A stretch of 64,000 nt of DNA, taken from assembly GCA_951406725.2 (NCBI GenBank), contig OX597814.1, positions 23,560,001-23,624,000 on the forward strand, in the 5' to 3' direction. The notes beneath the pieces are model-generated. The model was not told the DNA's origin and did not search any database. It saw nothing but the letters and a program-made list of their open reading frames with translations. This stretch comes from Octopus vulgaris. Lineage: Eukaryota. Positions 1 to 12,360 of the stretch are shown here, one piece after another (the stretch's first letter is position 1; every line of letters starts with the position of its first letter). Made by a program: the position numbers and the translations under genes.

Positions 1-1318
1 CTGGGGCTCAAGCACTGAGAGGATTGGGGTGAGAATGGTGGAGAGTAAGGTGAGGATAGATGATATTAGGGAACAAGGGATATCAATACAGCAGAGAAAG
101 TGAGGAGTAGAAAAATTTGCCTCAGTAAAACTCTGTCTGATTCAAGCAAACATGGAAAAATGGATGTTCAAAATGATGATGAGGAAAAGGAAGATGGAGG
201 GAAAGAGGTACAAGAGAGAGAAGAAACTTGAAAAGTAACTTAATTAAAGGGGGGCCAATGATTTGTTTATAATCATTTTGATTAGCTTGAAATCATTACT
301 CTCTTCCATTAAATATGTTTTTTTCTTCTTCAGTTACAAATTAATCATTCATTCTTCAGTGTGTGTTGAGTAAATCAAGGAATTCCTGAGAAATTATAGA
401 TTTCAGGAAAACTATAGAAATAAATAACTCTGTAACTTCCTCGATCATTAGGAACATTCTTATCAAGTTTGATGTGATGATATATTAACTAAGCGCTCAC
501 ATTAGGCTCCCATTTCTCTTTGTTTTCTTGGTCTTTCAATGTTTCCCTTCTCTCATGTCAAGTTCTTTAAAGTCATAATGTATATTACAAAACTTATCAC
601 ATAATTGTAGATGGTACGAGATGAGAAAAGCTGTCAGTAGATATAATTTTTATCATGTTGCTTCATCTATAAAGTTTATTTCGCTATTCCAGAGAGATAT
701 TTATCAAACTGAAAGAGTTTTTCCAATACTTTTCTTAAAGTTGTATTCAACTTTATTTCTTCCTGCTTTGTTTTCTTGTATTTGCATCACTAACATTTCT
801 TTTATTTGATCTTGTATTGTATTAGATTAGTTTATTGTGAAGCAAACCATATCGATTTAGACTATATGCTACTTAAGAATTTGTTTCAATGTGCCTTGGG
901 TTGTAAAGTTTCTGTCTGTAACCAGAAACTCAGCAATTTTAAAATATTTTCATATTTTCAGACTTCTGTGTGAAGATGCAATATCATAAATAGTTTTAAC
1001 ATGAAAATATAAGAACTGTAGTTATATCATGCACTGGAGATTTGATCATGTCATATTAAATTTTATTGCATTGTCTCAATTTGGCACTGATTAAACAGCA
1101 TTTCAAAATCAATCCATGGGGAAGCCTTTATGATGGAATTCAGAATTTTGGTTCAAGACAGTTTAACAACTTCTGTTTCTTCATTCTTCATCTAAACTTT
1201 TGAGAAAAATTACATGGCACATTATAGGGTGTTTGAATTAATTTTCTGGTGTAGGTTCCTGTCTGTTCAGCTCCTGTCAAACCATCTAACCCATGCTAGT
1301 ATGGAAGGAGGGCATTAA

Positions 1319-1350
<32 letters not shown>

Positions 1351-2053
1351 ATTCCTGTTCTTTCCTTAGCGTTGCATCATACATTCATAATGCATGATTG
1401 TCTTTCACAGGGTTTCTAATTCTGGTAAGGGCAATACTTTTTGGAGGTTTCTAGTTTATGGAGGATTTTGTTAATAATCCTGCCTTAACACCTGCTTCTA
1501 AGAGAAGGTTTAGTGCTAATTCCTTTAACCATAAGCACCACATACAAGTGAATAAATGCCTTTTTAATCTCAAAAACAAAATTGTTTGTCCTTTGGAAGA
1601 ATATAATGTAGCAATGTAAGGTCATAACAGGAGATTATAATATTATTACATAGGTTTTGGAAATGTAGATTACATTAACATTCCTATTCATTTGAGTTTA
1701 GAAGAAAATCTAATCCTATGAATCATGCTAAATGCATTTGGGATTTAAAAGACAGTAACATTAACTATGATATAAAGTGGTTCATTATTAGTTACGCACC
1801 ATCATACAATACTTGTAATTTTAAATGTGATCATTACTTTGAGGAAATGTATTACATAATTACTTCTAAATTACTATTATTAAACTGTAGCAGTAATTTT
1901 ACATTGAAATGTTCTCCTAAATATAGAAAAACATTTAAATATTTCAGTAATAAATAAGCCCTTAATTATAATTACTTTTCCTATAATCCAATATGTATAA
2001 TGTTTCTAAAAAAAGGTTTTAGCATATTTGATAGATAACTAATTGTTGTGATG

Positions 2054-2156
2054 TAGAATTTCTGTTTTTAATTGTCCTGACATAGAATTTCAGTTTTTAA
2101 TTGTCCTGACATAGAATTTCAGTTTTTAATTGTCCTGACATAGAATTTCTGTTTTC
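2054..2156. repeat. 29-bp tandem repeat, ~3.5 copies
   Basis: Unit TAGAATTTC(T/A)GTTTTTAATTGTCCTGACA at 2054, 2083 and 2112, with a partial copy at 2141. Confidence 0.9.
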
Positions 2157-2648
2157 TTTTTTATTATTTTGTTATCTACTGATTTCATGGCTTTTCTTAG
2201 AATATATTTCTTCTTAAAGTTCTTTTTGTATGTATTCATCTATTAGAGATATTTTCCTAATTCACTTTGAATTTAACCCAATTTAGATGGCCTTGATAAT
2301 GTTACATTAGCATATACTAATTTGACTGGTAATTTGTTCCTTTTTTTCTATATCTAAATATGTAGGTACAATAGAAACGATCGTCGATAATGCTTGGTGT
2401 AATCACCAGTAAAAGACATAATTTTCTCCATTCTTGTTCTTGCCTTATACACTTTATTATTTGAAATTCTTTCAAGCAATATTTGGATCTACTTGTCATA
2501 CATGAAGAATTACCTTGGATGTTAATTCTATTCAAATTTATTTGTATCTAATTGCTTGATATAGTTAAACAAATTCGTTTCACACTGAGTGCCTTATAGA
2601 TAACTGCCTGGATTTATTAATGCCTTTTACTTCTTATTATATATATAT

Positions 2649-3066
2649 AACGTAAGGTGTACTAGCCATCTGAATGTGGCTAGCCACTGGGGGTGGGGTG
2701 TTACTGATGCTTTTAGCCCCAGGCGATCAACGTCACCAGATGGACTTTAGACACAATCTCAGTGCCCTTGTGTTATTTGCAAAGGGAGGTCATCCTCCCT
2801 CGAAAACCTAAGTGCTACATACGGACTATAGTTTCAAGGTAATTGCCTCTCATCAACGCATGGTTTTCGAGGGAGGATGACCTCCCTTTGCAAATAACAC
2901 AAGGGCACTGAGATTGTGTCTAAAGTCCATCTGGTGACGTTGATCGCCTGGGGCTAAAAGCATCAGTAACACCCCACCCCCAGTGGCTAGCTACATTCAG
3001 ATGGCTAGTACACCTTACGTTGTCGAGCGGTTACTGTTTATATCTCATTCAGAGATTTATTATTGC
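2649..3066 (-). mobile_element. Penelope-like (PLE) terminal fragment with inverted duplication (160-bp arms)
   Basis: 2649-2808 is the reverse complement of 2862-3021 with one mismatch. The spacer carries a hammerhead motif and the unit is flanked by (TA)n on both sides. The PLE assignment is inferred from the hammerhead plus inverted repeat; no PLE RT is visible. Confidence 0.6.
2819..2861 (-). ncRNA. Type I minimal hammerhead ribozyme
   Basis: Minus strand reads AUGCG-UUGAUGA-GAGG(CAAUUA)CCUU-GAAAC(UAUA)GUC-CGUAU: helix I AUGCG/CGUAU, helix II GAGG/CCUU, short helix III with a palindromic UAUA loop, GUC cleavage triplet. C3 is U. Confidence 0.75.
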
Positions 3067-3629
3067 TATATATATATATATATATATATATATGGGGAGA
3101 GAGAGAGAGAGAGTGAGAGAGCTACAAGTAGATAGATATATATAGATACATACATACATACATACATATATATATATGTACAGACACACACATGTATATA
3201 TATATCATTAACATCGTCCTTTAATGTCCATTTTCCACAGAGGCATGAGTTGGATGACTTGACAGGAGCTAGCAAGCAAGAGGACTGCACCAAGCTCCAC
3301 TGCCTGTTTCAGCATTGTTTTTATGGCTGGATGCCCTTGCTAATGCCAACCCTTTTACAGAGTGGACCGGGCACTTTTCATGTGGCACCATCACTGGTTA
3401 GGTCTGTTTTGACAGGGTTTTACAGCTGGATGTCCTTCCTAATGCCACCTGCTTAACAGAGTAGGCTGGGTGCTTTTTATGTGGAACCATAACCGATGAG
3501 ATAACCAATTAACTTGTCTGATAAAGTTCCTTTGAGAGGTGAAAGAAGAGTACTGGAGGTGGTGTCTTTGTGTCTGCTGGAAAGAGATGAAAGTTTGAGT
3601 CTATGTGTGTATGTGTGTGCATGTGTGTG

Positions 3630-3661
<32 letters not shown>

Positions 3662-3774
3662 CTTTGTATTTGTGTTGTAAAAATTGTAACAAGAAGGAAA
3701 GTGCACAGAAGTTTTATGTTGGAATAGATATATTCATAATTCACACGTGGAATTTTTTCTCAAACTTTTCTCAA

Positions 3775-4012
3775 TGTATGTATGTATGTATGTATGTATG
3801 TATGTATGTATGTATGTATGTATGTATGTATGTATGTATGTATGTATGTATGTATGTATGTATGTATGCATGTATGTATGTACATATGTATGTATGCTTA
3901 CATTTACATATGTATTTATGTATATGTATGTATGCATACATACGTATGTATGTGTGTATGTATGTATACATGTATGTATGCATGCATGCTTCCATGTATG
4001 TATGTATGTATG
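3775..4012. repeat. (ATGT)n microsatellite with degenerate tail
   Basis: Long perfect ATGT run. It produces the spurious MYVC/HTYI ORFs. Confidence 0.95.
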
Positions 4013-4132
4013 TACACAGAGTGTTGGGTAAAATTTGACAGTATAAAAAGGAAAGTAAAAAAAATATCCCATGCCAAAGAAATGTTTTAAAAATCAAGAA
4101 TATTAACTAAATTACTGTTGGGAGATAGTGTT

Positions 4133-4600
4133 TTACTCCAAGTAGCTCCTGTCAGCTTCCACCACGGTCTCAAGGTGGCTTCAGAACCTTGTGCTTGCAG
4201 TCCCCTTCAAACACATCCTTGATCTTAGTCATCAGTTTGGCCTTGGTGTTTCAGACAGACAGAGTAGTTGGTGTCTTTCTCGACTATGCCCCACACATAT
4301 TAATCCATGTGATTACAATTAAGAAGCCAGAAATTGAGGCTGGTGAAGTTGTATAAATTCTTCGATGATCACTTGTGAATCATTCTAGAGGTATGACAAA
4401 GAGCCAAATCCTGCTGCCACACGTATGGCCTTCCGGCAGCAACTGTCTTCAGCTACGGTTGGACAACAACCTCAGCAGCTTTACATACCTGTTAAACATG
4501 GGAGGTGGCATGACATTACCCTTACTGGAGTCACACCCGAAAACCATCACATCCCTGCTTGTTGGGACATCGTAGTCTCAGTTCAAGCTGTCCATGACAT
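4133..4600 (-). pseudogene. Decayed Tc1/mariner-superfamily (maT/DD37D-like) transposase C-terminus
   Basis: Minus translation RPYVWQQDLALCHTSR...FWLLNCNHMD*YVWGIVEKDTN...RF*SHLETVVEADRSYLE* matches the QQDSAPxH...WPPxSPDxNPLDYxVWG...FRSRxEAVxEAxGxxxE pattern, with stops and deletions. Confidence 0.7.
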
Positions 4601-4914
4601 CTCTTACAACCTTTAAAGTGTTCACAGTGCATTGAGTAGCAGTCATGAAGTCATCATTTTGACACTTAGTGCACATCATCATAATACAGGCAACTCTTTT
4701 CCTCTATTCAGATAACTCTCAGTCCTCCATGTTAGCTAACTTTTTCTCAACAACAACTTTAATCTTTATGCTTTCCAACACTGTTGATTGTCCACCAATA
4801 CATGAAGCTGTTCAGGAAAAAAAGAAAACATAAAAATCGTCAAATTTCACCTGAACATTCTTTATATATATTAAAATTAGTTCTCAACGTACATATAAAG
4901 ATATAAAAGTCAAG

Positions 4915-5144
4915 ATCATTTCATCTGCAGGGAAGGTGATGGCCTCAGTTTTTGTGAATACAAAAGGCATTTTTTTTTTACCAACAGGAAAAAACCTTCT
5001 TCACCAATGGAATCCAAGCACTGCAACACCTATAGAAGAAGTGTGTGAACTACAAGGGAGACTATACTGAAAGTTAAAACTCATTTGGTCACATTTCATG
5101 AGAGTATCTTGGTCAGTCAATGAACTTTTCAGCCAACTCCTGTA
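4915..5144 (+). mobile_element. Internally deleted mariner 3' remnant
   Basis: SAGKVMASVF..KGI motif, then FFTNGIQALQHL*KKCVNYKGDYTE, then a TIR-like end AACTTTTCAGCCAACTCCTG-TA. Confidence 0.7.
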
Positions 5145-5849
5145 CAAACTATGTTAATTGTGATATTATAAAGGAATTGGATACTTAAGCTGTAATCTTG
5201 ATAAATAATTTTGATATTCTTAATATTATGTACAAAATTCATAGTCAGATGGTGGCTATATTTTATATTATGGTAATCAATAAACAAGAAAATTATCATA
5301 TCAAATCTGACTTTGAAAAGGTTGATTTTGCAGCTAATAACTAGAGTTATTATGTATATACAAACATTATTATTTTGTTACCCTATCACAAAGGCAGTTT
5401 AAGCTAGAGAATTGTTTATTTGAATTAATATTATTATTCATTTTCTCTAACTTGGAGAGATCAAAATGTCTTTACTATATAAGAACTTGGAATAATTTGA
5501 AACTAAACTAGACAAGGCAAATTTTTGCTGAAGATATCTTCTAATCTATACAGTTGCTCACAGATCTGAAAAGCAAGAACATGTAGTCTTGTTTATCACT
5601 GATTCATTCATTGCTGATCTGGGAGGACACAGTACATTCAACTGTGGACCATGTTATGCTTATCATGGGTCATCAATCAGTTGAGGCTTTTGCTTGTACT
5701 ACAAAACACACCACAGCAATAATCTACAATGTTAAGCTACTCAGAATATATGGACTATCACTTGTATGTACATAATGATGCTGTGAAGCTATGTAACTTT
5801 CATATAGATTTACACACTTATATCCATGGACATGGAACCAGTGAACAGA

Positions 5850-6090
5850 AAAAAAAATATGAAGGTGCCTAATCCCAACAAATGATGCAGATAAATGTAT
5901 TCTCTCCTGGTAAAGGTAGAAATGTTTTTAAAAATTCTAGATAATGGAAACTTTGCTACTGTTGGCTGCAAGTTTGGTGTTGATAAATCTACATTTGTTC
6001 CATTTACAAAAAGGGCAATGATTCCTTTATCATTATTAATTTATCATTCTGTTATTTTAAAAACCAAACTCCCATGATAAACGAGAGTAG
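5850..6090 (+). pseudogene. Tigger/pogo-like N-terminal HTH (psq-type) remnant
   Basis: SLLVKVEMFLKILDNGNFATVGCKFGVDKSTF resembles the LxLxxKxxIxxxLExG...IAxxxGVxxSTI motif of pogo/CENP-B-like transposases. Confidence 0.5.
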
Positions 6091-6286
6091 ATGTATCAAA
6101 AGTTGCACAGCAACATTGAAAGTTTAAAGAGCAGCAGAGATGCTATATCTTTTTTTTTTCCTTTACTTAAAACAAGGATTTAAGTTCTACATTTATATTA
6201 TAATGTATCACAATTATTATAATACATTTGTCAAAGCACTTAACATTATTTGTGGCCTGTGTCAACTCTTTTGCCTCAACTACATA

Positions 6287-6317
<31 letters not shown>

Positions 6318-7351
6318 TACTTTCTCTTCTGAATTTACAAACAATACTGTTTTGTGCCTTTTATTGAGGCACTTTTGGATATCTTTTAAAAATCTATCTA
6401 ATTTCTGCCATTTAGGGGTATATTATCAACTATGTAAATGGAAAGGGAAGGTTGCAATAATATTTTTTTATATCAGTTGTTCCATCTCAGAAATGTAAAA
6501 ATCCTTAATAACAAATTCTTTGCATCTGTTTTTTTTTTAAAATTCTGTTTCTTTTTTTTTTTGTTTTTTAATGGGAACCTATTTAGAACAACAGTCATGT
6601 CAAAGTCATATATTCTGAAAGTAAATATCCATTTTGGGAATAAAACAGTGCATGTAAGATAATATTATATAGGGGAAGATAAATTTATCCTATCAAGCAG
6701 GCATTAATTGAGGCTAAACAGAAATACTATAAAATCATATTTATGGGGTCAAGCAACCAAATCAAACATGGTAGTTACAAATATCCATTTAAATATTATA
6801 GGTATATTCTGTTGAATAAATACACAGAGGGGAACAAAAATACATTATCATTGCCACAATTACATTATCACCAATATTATAGTTGTCGCCTAATTTTCTG
6901 CAAATATTCAAAGTACCAATATCAAATAATGGAAGTTTAGCCATTAATTTCTCTCAAGCGCCCTCTACCTGTTGGAAATGTGGCTAGGTTAAAATCAATA
7001 ATACTTTAAACAAAATTGCTGGCAACATCAGCAGCTGTAATGTTCACAATTTGGTTTGCATGCATGACCTTCAAGAGCAATCATATGTCCACAAGAGTGA
7101 CTGCAGAGATTCAGTTTCAAGTTTCAATATCATTTTCCTAAGTAGATGAGAAAACTGCCGGAATGTTCATTTGTATGGAGAATTGAAACAGAAGGTTGGA
7201 GCTGAAATACACAGGTGTGATCTGTTACATTTGAAATCCTATTAACACGTGGATAAATGTAAGAAAAATAATTAAATAAATTTTTCTCCTGCAAAGAGAA
7301 TGAGAAGAATGATGTAGGAGAAAGAGAAGAACAGAGAAAACTGAAGATATA

Positions 7352-8363
7352 GGTGCAGGCATTGATGTGTGGTCAAGAAGCTTGCTTTACATGTGATATC
7401 AGGTTCAGTCCCACTGTGTGGCACTTTGGGTAAGTGTCTTCTACTATAGCCCCCACCTCCTGCTGAACAAAGTTTTGTAAGTGAATTTGGTGGACAGAAA
7501 CTGTGTGGAAGCAAATTCATCTAATAGAAACATGCTTGTTCTTTTCTCTGTGAGCTGGCAGAAGCGTTAGCATGCCGGGCGAAATGGTTAGCTGTATTTC
7601 GTCTGCCGCTACGTTCTGAGTTCAAATTCCGCCAAGGTCAACTTTGCCTTTCATCTTTTCGGGGTCAATTAAATAAGTACCAGTTATGCACTGAGGTCGA
7701 TATAATCGACTTAATCCATTTGTCTGTCCTTGTTTGTCCTCTCTGTGTGTAGCCCCTTGTGGGCAGTAAAGAAATCGGTATTTCGTCTGCTGCTACATTC
7801 TGAGTTAAAATTCCACCGAGGTTGTCTTTGCCTTTCATCCATTCGAGGTCAATTAAATAAGTACCAGTTATGCACTGGGGTCGATATAATCGACTTAATC
7901 CATTTGTCTGTCCTTGTTTGTCCCCTCCGTGTGTAGCCTCTTGTGTGCAGTAAAGAAATACGAAACCTGCTTGTTCTTTTCTCTGTTTTCTCTCTCCTCA
8001 TCTACTATCCTTTCTGTAGAAAAGCATTGGCTCAAAACATGAAAGAGTTCTTCCAATTATCCTGAACATAAATTTAATACACCTTGGTTGCTTGTGTCTT
8101 TTACTACGTCCTCATGTTTTATTTTTCATTTTTGTACCGCGTGCATATGTGTGTGTATTTGTACCTCAACCCCACTATTTGACAACAAGCGTTAGTTTGT
8201 TTAAGTTACTGTAAATTAGTGATTTAGCAAAAGAGACCAATTAAATAAATATGATATTTTATAAAATAAATACTGGTGTTGATTTGTTTGACTAAAGCCT
8301 TCAAAACACTGCTACAGCATGGCTGCAATCCTATAACTGAAACAGATAAAAGATAAAAGATAA
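7352..8363 (+). mobile_element. SINE family A copy split by nested insertions
   Basis: Head and core at 7352-7512 (GGCACTTTGGGTAAGTGTCTTCTACTATAGCC); degenerate 3' half at 8140-8363 ending in (AAAAGAT) repeats. Compare the intact copy at 10080-10476. Confidence 0.7.
7552..7961 (+). mobile_element. SINE family B, tandem (head + duplicated body) with 25-bp TSD
   Basis: B-box GAGTTCAAATTCC; body duplicated (7594-7776 vs 7778-7960); TSD GAAAC(A/C)TGCTTGTTCTTTTCTCTGT at 7527-7551 and 7962-7986. Confidence 0.85.
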
Positions 8364-8757
8364 ATAGAAAAGCTAAAAGAACATAAAGCAGCTAATAGAT
8401 CCCATTTCTTGTATCATTATTGCTGTTATTGTTATTGTTGATAATTATGTTGGTTTTGTTGTTTTATTATTTAAGCCTGTTGCAGGCATTTCTGGGTGGA
8501 GAGATTCCGCAACATTCTTCTGATTTCTAGTTGGAATAATTCCCCTAATATTTATAGGTAATTCTCTTACAAATAACAGGAATATTATGTCTCACATTTT
8601 TCATTTCTTTACAAATTTGAAGTTAATGTGTAGGTTAAAAAAAAAAGAAGTTTATTTCACTATTTAATACAATTACATTATATGCAATGAAAAGAGCAAA
8701 TGCAAAAAAGAAAAGAAATCTACTAACTACAAATACAACAGCAAAAATCTTCTTGAG

Positions 8758-8759
<2 letters not shown>

Positions 8760-8790
<31 letters not shown>

Positions 8791-8844
8791 ATAATAATAA
8801 TAATAATGATAGTAATAATAATAATAATGATAGTAATAATAATA

Positions 8845-8883
<39 letters not shown>

Positions 8884-9038
8884 ATAATAATAATAATGAT
8901 AGTAATAATAATAATAATGATAGTAATAATAATAATAATAACAATAATAACAATAACAATAATAATAATAATAATAATAACAATAATGTTAATAATAATA
9001 ATAATAATCATGATAATAATAATGATGATGATGATAAT
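8760..9038. repeat. (ACT)n/(AAT)n compound microsatellite
   Basis: Visible directly, with a higher-order (AAT)5-GAT-AGT periodicity. Confidence 0.95.
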
Positions 9039-10079
9039 ACAAACACAAGGAAGTATCAGTTCTTTATTTTTCCCTTGAGGTCAGATTTATCAGATAATTT
9101 TGACAGCTATCAACCTTAAATTGTTCATTAAATTTAAAGTTTTTTAGAAATTTTATCTTAACATAACAGAGACCAAACCTTTCTTTGTTTTCGGTGATTA
9201 TGTGTTTGAGAAGTCTGTTGACAGGAATTCTAATAAAATCTTTCAATTGGGAACATCAAATTATCTGATTAAAATCATCCTCTTGAGAAACATAAAATTT
9301 TCAAAAGAAAATAAAATAAAACACTTCAAAAGATATAGTTTATATTCATTAGAATATTAACTATTTTTCAAAATAAAAAAAAATTATGAAGGCATAACGG
9401 GGCATATTTTTAAATAGTCAAGTTGTTTAATCGAAATTAAGGGAGAGCATTAACTAATGTGTTTGTGGTGTAATCAGAATTCTAGCAAGCTACAAGGAAA
9501 GAAGAATCTAAAATATTGCTGTGTTGGTGAATGATAAATTGTTATTGATTTTTCTATGGATCAGTGCTACCAATATAGATTTGATGATTAGATACTTAAG
9601 AATGGGTCATTGCACAGCCTTCATTAATCACATTGAAATCTGCCAATAGCAGTCTGTTTGGCCATCTTGCTACCAAAGATGTCGAAATTTTATCAAATTT
9701 CAGTAACAGAACAATATCAACAGAGAGAGCATCTTCACATTTATTTAATGTCCATCAGATAGAATTGGACATTTTCTGAAATTTAATCAATCATTTATCT
9801 CATAGATATTCTGTCCAATTGAAAGAAAAGTGGCATTATTTCTACAACAAAACCAAAACAGAATGTTAGAATATGAATGGTTATGCAAGATAAATAAATC
9901 AGAAACCAACAAATTATTTTAAAACTTAAAATAATATCTATAAATTCAAAGTTATAAATATTCATTACTCTCATACAAGGTGTACCCTCATTGTTAAAAC
10001 TTAATAAAGTTACCATTCAGAAAAAAATGAATTATACGTATTTGTGGAATTATTGTGTTAAATAAGTTAGCTACCTATA

Positions 10080-10476
10080 GGCGCAGGAGTGGCTGTGTGG
10101 TAAGTAGCTTGTTTACCAACCACATGGTTCTGGTTCAGTCCCACTGCGTGGAACATAGGGCAAGTGTCTTTTACAATAGCCTTGGGCTGACCAAAGCCTT
10201 GTGAGTGGATTTGGCAGACGAAAACTGAAAGAAGCCTGTTGTATATAAGTATATATGTGTTAATGGTTTTGTGTTTCTGTGTTTGTCCCCCCAACATTGC
10301 TTGACAACCAATGCTGGTGTGTTTGCGTTCCCGTAACTTAGCGGTTCAGCAAAAGAGACCGATAGAATAAGCACTAGACTTCCAAAGAATAAGTCATGGG
10401 GGCGATTTGCTCAACTAAAGGTGGTGCTCCAGCATGGCCACAGTCAAATGACTGAAACAAGTAAAAGAGTAAAGAG
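10080..10476 (+). mobile_element. tRNA-derived SINE family A (CORE-SINE-like)
   Basis: A-box-like TGGCTGTGTGG, B-box-like GGTTCAGTCCC, CORE-like GGGCAAGTGTCTT, internal TA/TG tract, (GTAAAAGA)n tail; at least six near-identical copies in the window. Confidence 0.85.
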
Positions 10477-10761
10477 TACCTGTTTGTGATGAGCCTGAAA
10501 TAATATTGGTACCGCCAAAATCCAAACCCAAGCTAGGCTCCAATAGTAGGGCTGAAAGAAATGATTGAAATTAACCTGAAATGACTTAGATTTTCTTTTA
10601 TAAGCTTTTATAGACACAGTTGTAGCTGTGTGGTAGGTAAGAAGTTTGCTTCCCAATCACATGGTTCTGGGTTTAGTCACACTGTGTTGTACTTTGAGAC
10701 TTCTGTCTTAGCCCTGAGCTATTGGTACACTTGGTATATAACAACTGAAAACCATCATACA

Positions 10762-12022
10762 CTGGGTTGGCAACTAAGTTCCCACCATTTTTTTAAATTT
10801 TGGAATTTATTGCATTTTTAAATTTGGGAATCTATTTTTTTCGAGAATTCTATTTTTGAATCATTTTGGAATCTTTTTTTTTTTCTAGTAAATTTTTGTT
10901 CATTTTCAGATCATTAAAATGGAGTGTTAAATTAAGAAAACTGAGCATTTTCGAATCTACTTTTTTGCTTTTGATCAAGGTTCTAAGGCTGCAAAAGCTG
11001 CTCACAACATTTGTGCTGTGTATGGAGAGGGTGCCATAGCTGAAAAAACCACTTGTGATTGGTATGCCAAGTTCAAAAATGGAAATTTTGACCTCAAAGA
11101 TGCACCTCATTCTAGCTATCCAGTTGACTTCAATGAGGAGAGATTAAACCAACTTTTGCACAAAAATTCTCATCAAACGACAAGGGGACTGGCAGAGAAA
11201 ATGGAATGTTCCCACACTGCTATAGAGAAGCATCTTCACTCGATGGGAGAGGTTCAGAAGTATAGAGCATGGGTTCCACATGCTTTAAGTGACAACAACA
11301 AAAATCAACAAGCCACAATCTCTGCTGGTTTGCTTGCTCATCACTGCTCAACTCATGGACACAAGCAACGATTTCTTTACTGAATTGTTACTCACGATGA
11401 AAAATGGTGCCTGTACATCAATATGAAGCAGTGGAAGGAATGGCTTAGCCCTGGTAAACAAGCGACACCGCGTGTGAAACAAGATCTTCATCCGCGTAAA
11501 ATGATGTGGTGTGTATGGTGAAACTGGGAAGGTATTATCCATTATGGATAATGGTCAATGCAGAACTCCATGTTCAACAGATGGAACGATTCAACATGGC
11601 TATTCAAGAGAAAAGACCTAATTGGCAGCATGGAGTTCTTCTGCTGCATGACAACGCCCACCCTCATATGACCAATATGACCAAGGAAGCCATTCAAATG
11701 CATGTCTGGGAAGTGCTGCCACACCCGCCGTACTCTCCTGATTTGGCACCAATGGATTTCCCCCTCTTTCGATCTCTTTCGAATGTTATGTGCAGAGTTT
11801 CGTTCAGTACTGATGCAGAATTGAGAGCTTGGTTGGATCAAATTTTCGAATCAAAATCGGGTGATTTCTACCAATGAGGTATTGAAAATCTTGTTGAACG
11901 TTGGGAAGAAGTTGTAAACAACAAGGTTGAATACATTATTAATTAATTAGTTGTTATTTTTTATTAAACCTTTTAAAAAATTTAAATTTAAAAAAATGGC
12001 AGGAACTTAGTTGCCAACCCAA
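10762..12022 (+). mobile_element. Full-length mariner transposon (DD34D), transposase inactivated
   Basis: TIRs (C/T)TGGGTTGGCAACTAAGTTCC at both ends; TA on the right, CA on the left. Transposase from ATG 10919 to ~11945 with WVPHAL, IVTHDEKW, LLHDNAHPH and YSPDLAPMD motifs, broken by stops and frameshifts. Confidence 0.95.
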
Positions 12023-12034
12023 TATATATATATC

Positions 12035-12287
12035 TGTGTGTATATGGTACTGTCTCCTTGTGTTGACATTATGTAATAATAGTAAATAAATGTCTCTGTC
12101 ATGCAAGTGATGTCCTTCATTCTCAATCTTACATGAAAATGTGTCTGGTCATGCAGAAATATTACCTTACTTGGCAATAGATAAAGGTTTGAAACAGGAA
12201 GAGCATCCAGCAGTAGAAAATTCATCTCAATAAAATTTTGTCTGACCCATGCAGGCATGGAAAAGTGGACGTCAGAATGATGATGAC

Positions 12288-12326
<39 letters not shown>

Positions 12327-12360
12327 AATGCTGCTGCTGCTGATGACGACGACGACGATG
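12035..12360 (+). mobile_element. SINE 3' part with RTE-LINE-like tail and (GAT)n
   Basis: Ends ACCCATGCAGGCATGGAAAAGTGGACGTC..(GAT)n. Homologous to 24990-25220, 37545-37780 and 47260-47475. Confidence 0.7.

Noticed and set aside
3477-4097. Cluster of 65-174 aa ORFs (MYVC/HTYI repeats)
   Set aside because: Translations of (TG)n and (ATGT)n microsatellites. The same applies to ORFs at 8723-9078, 34349-35307, 42369-42785, 56882-57338, 59123-59512 and 61006-61541.
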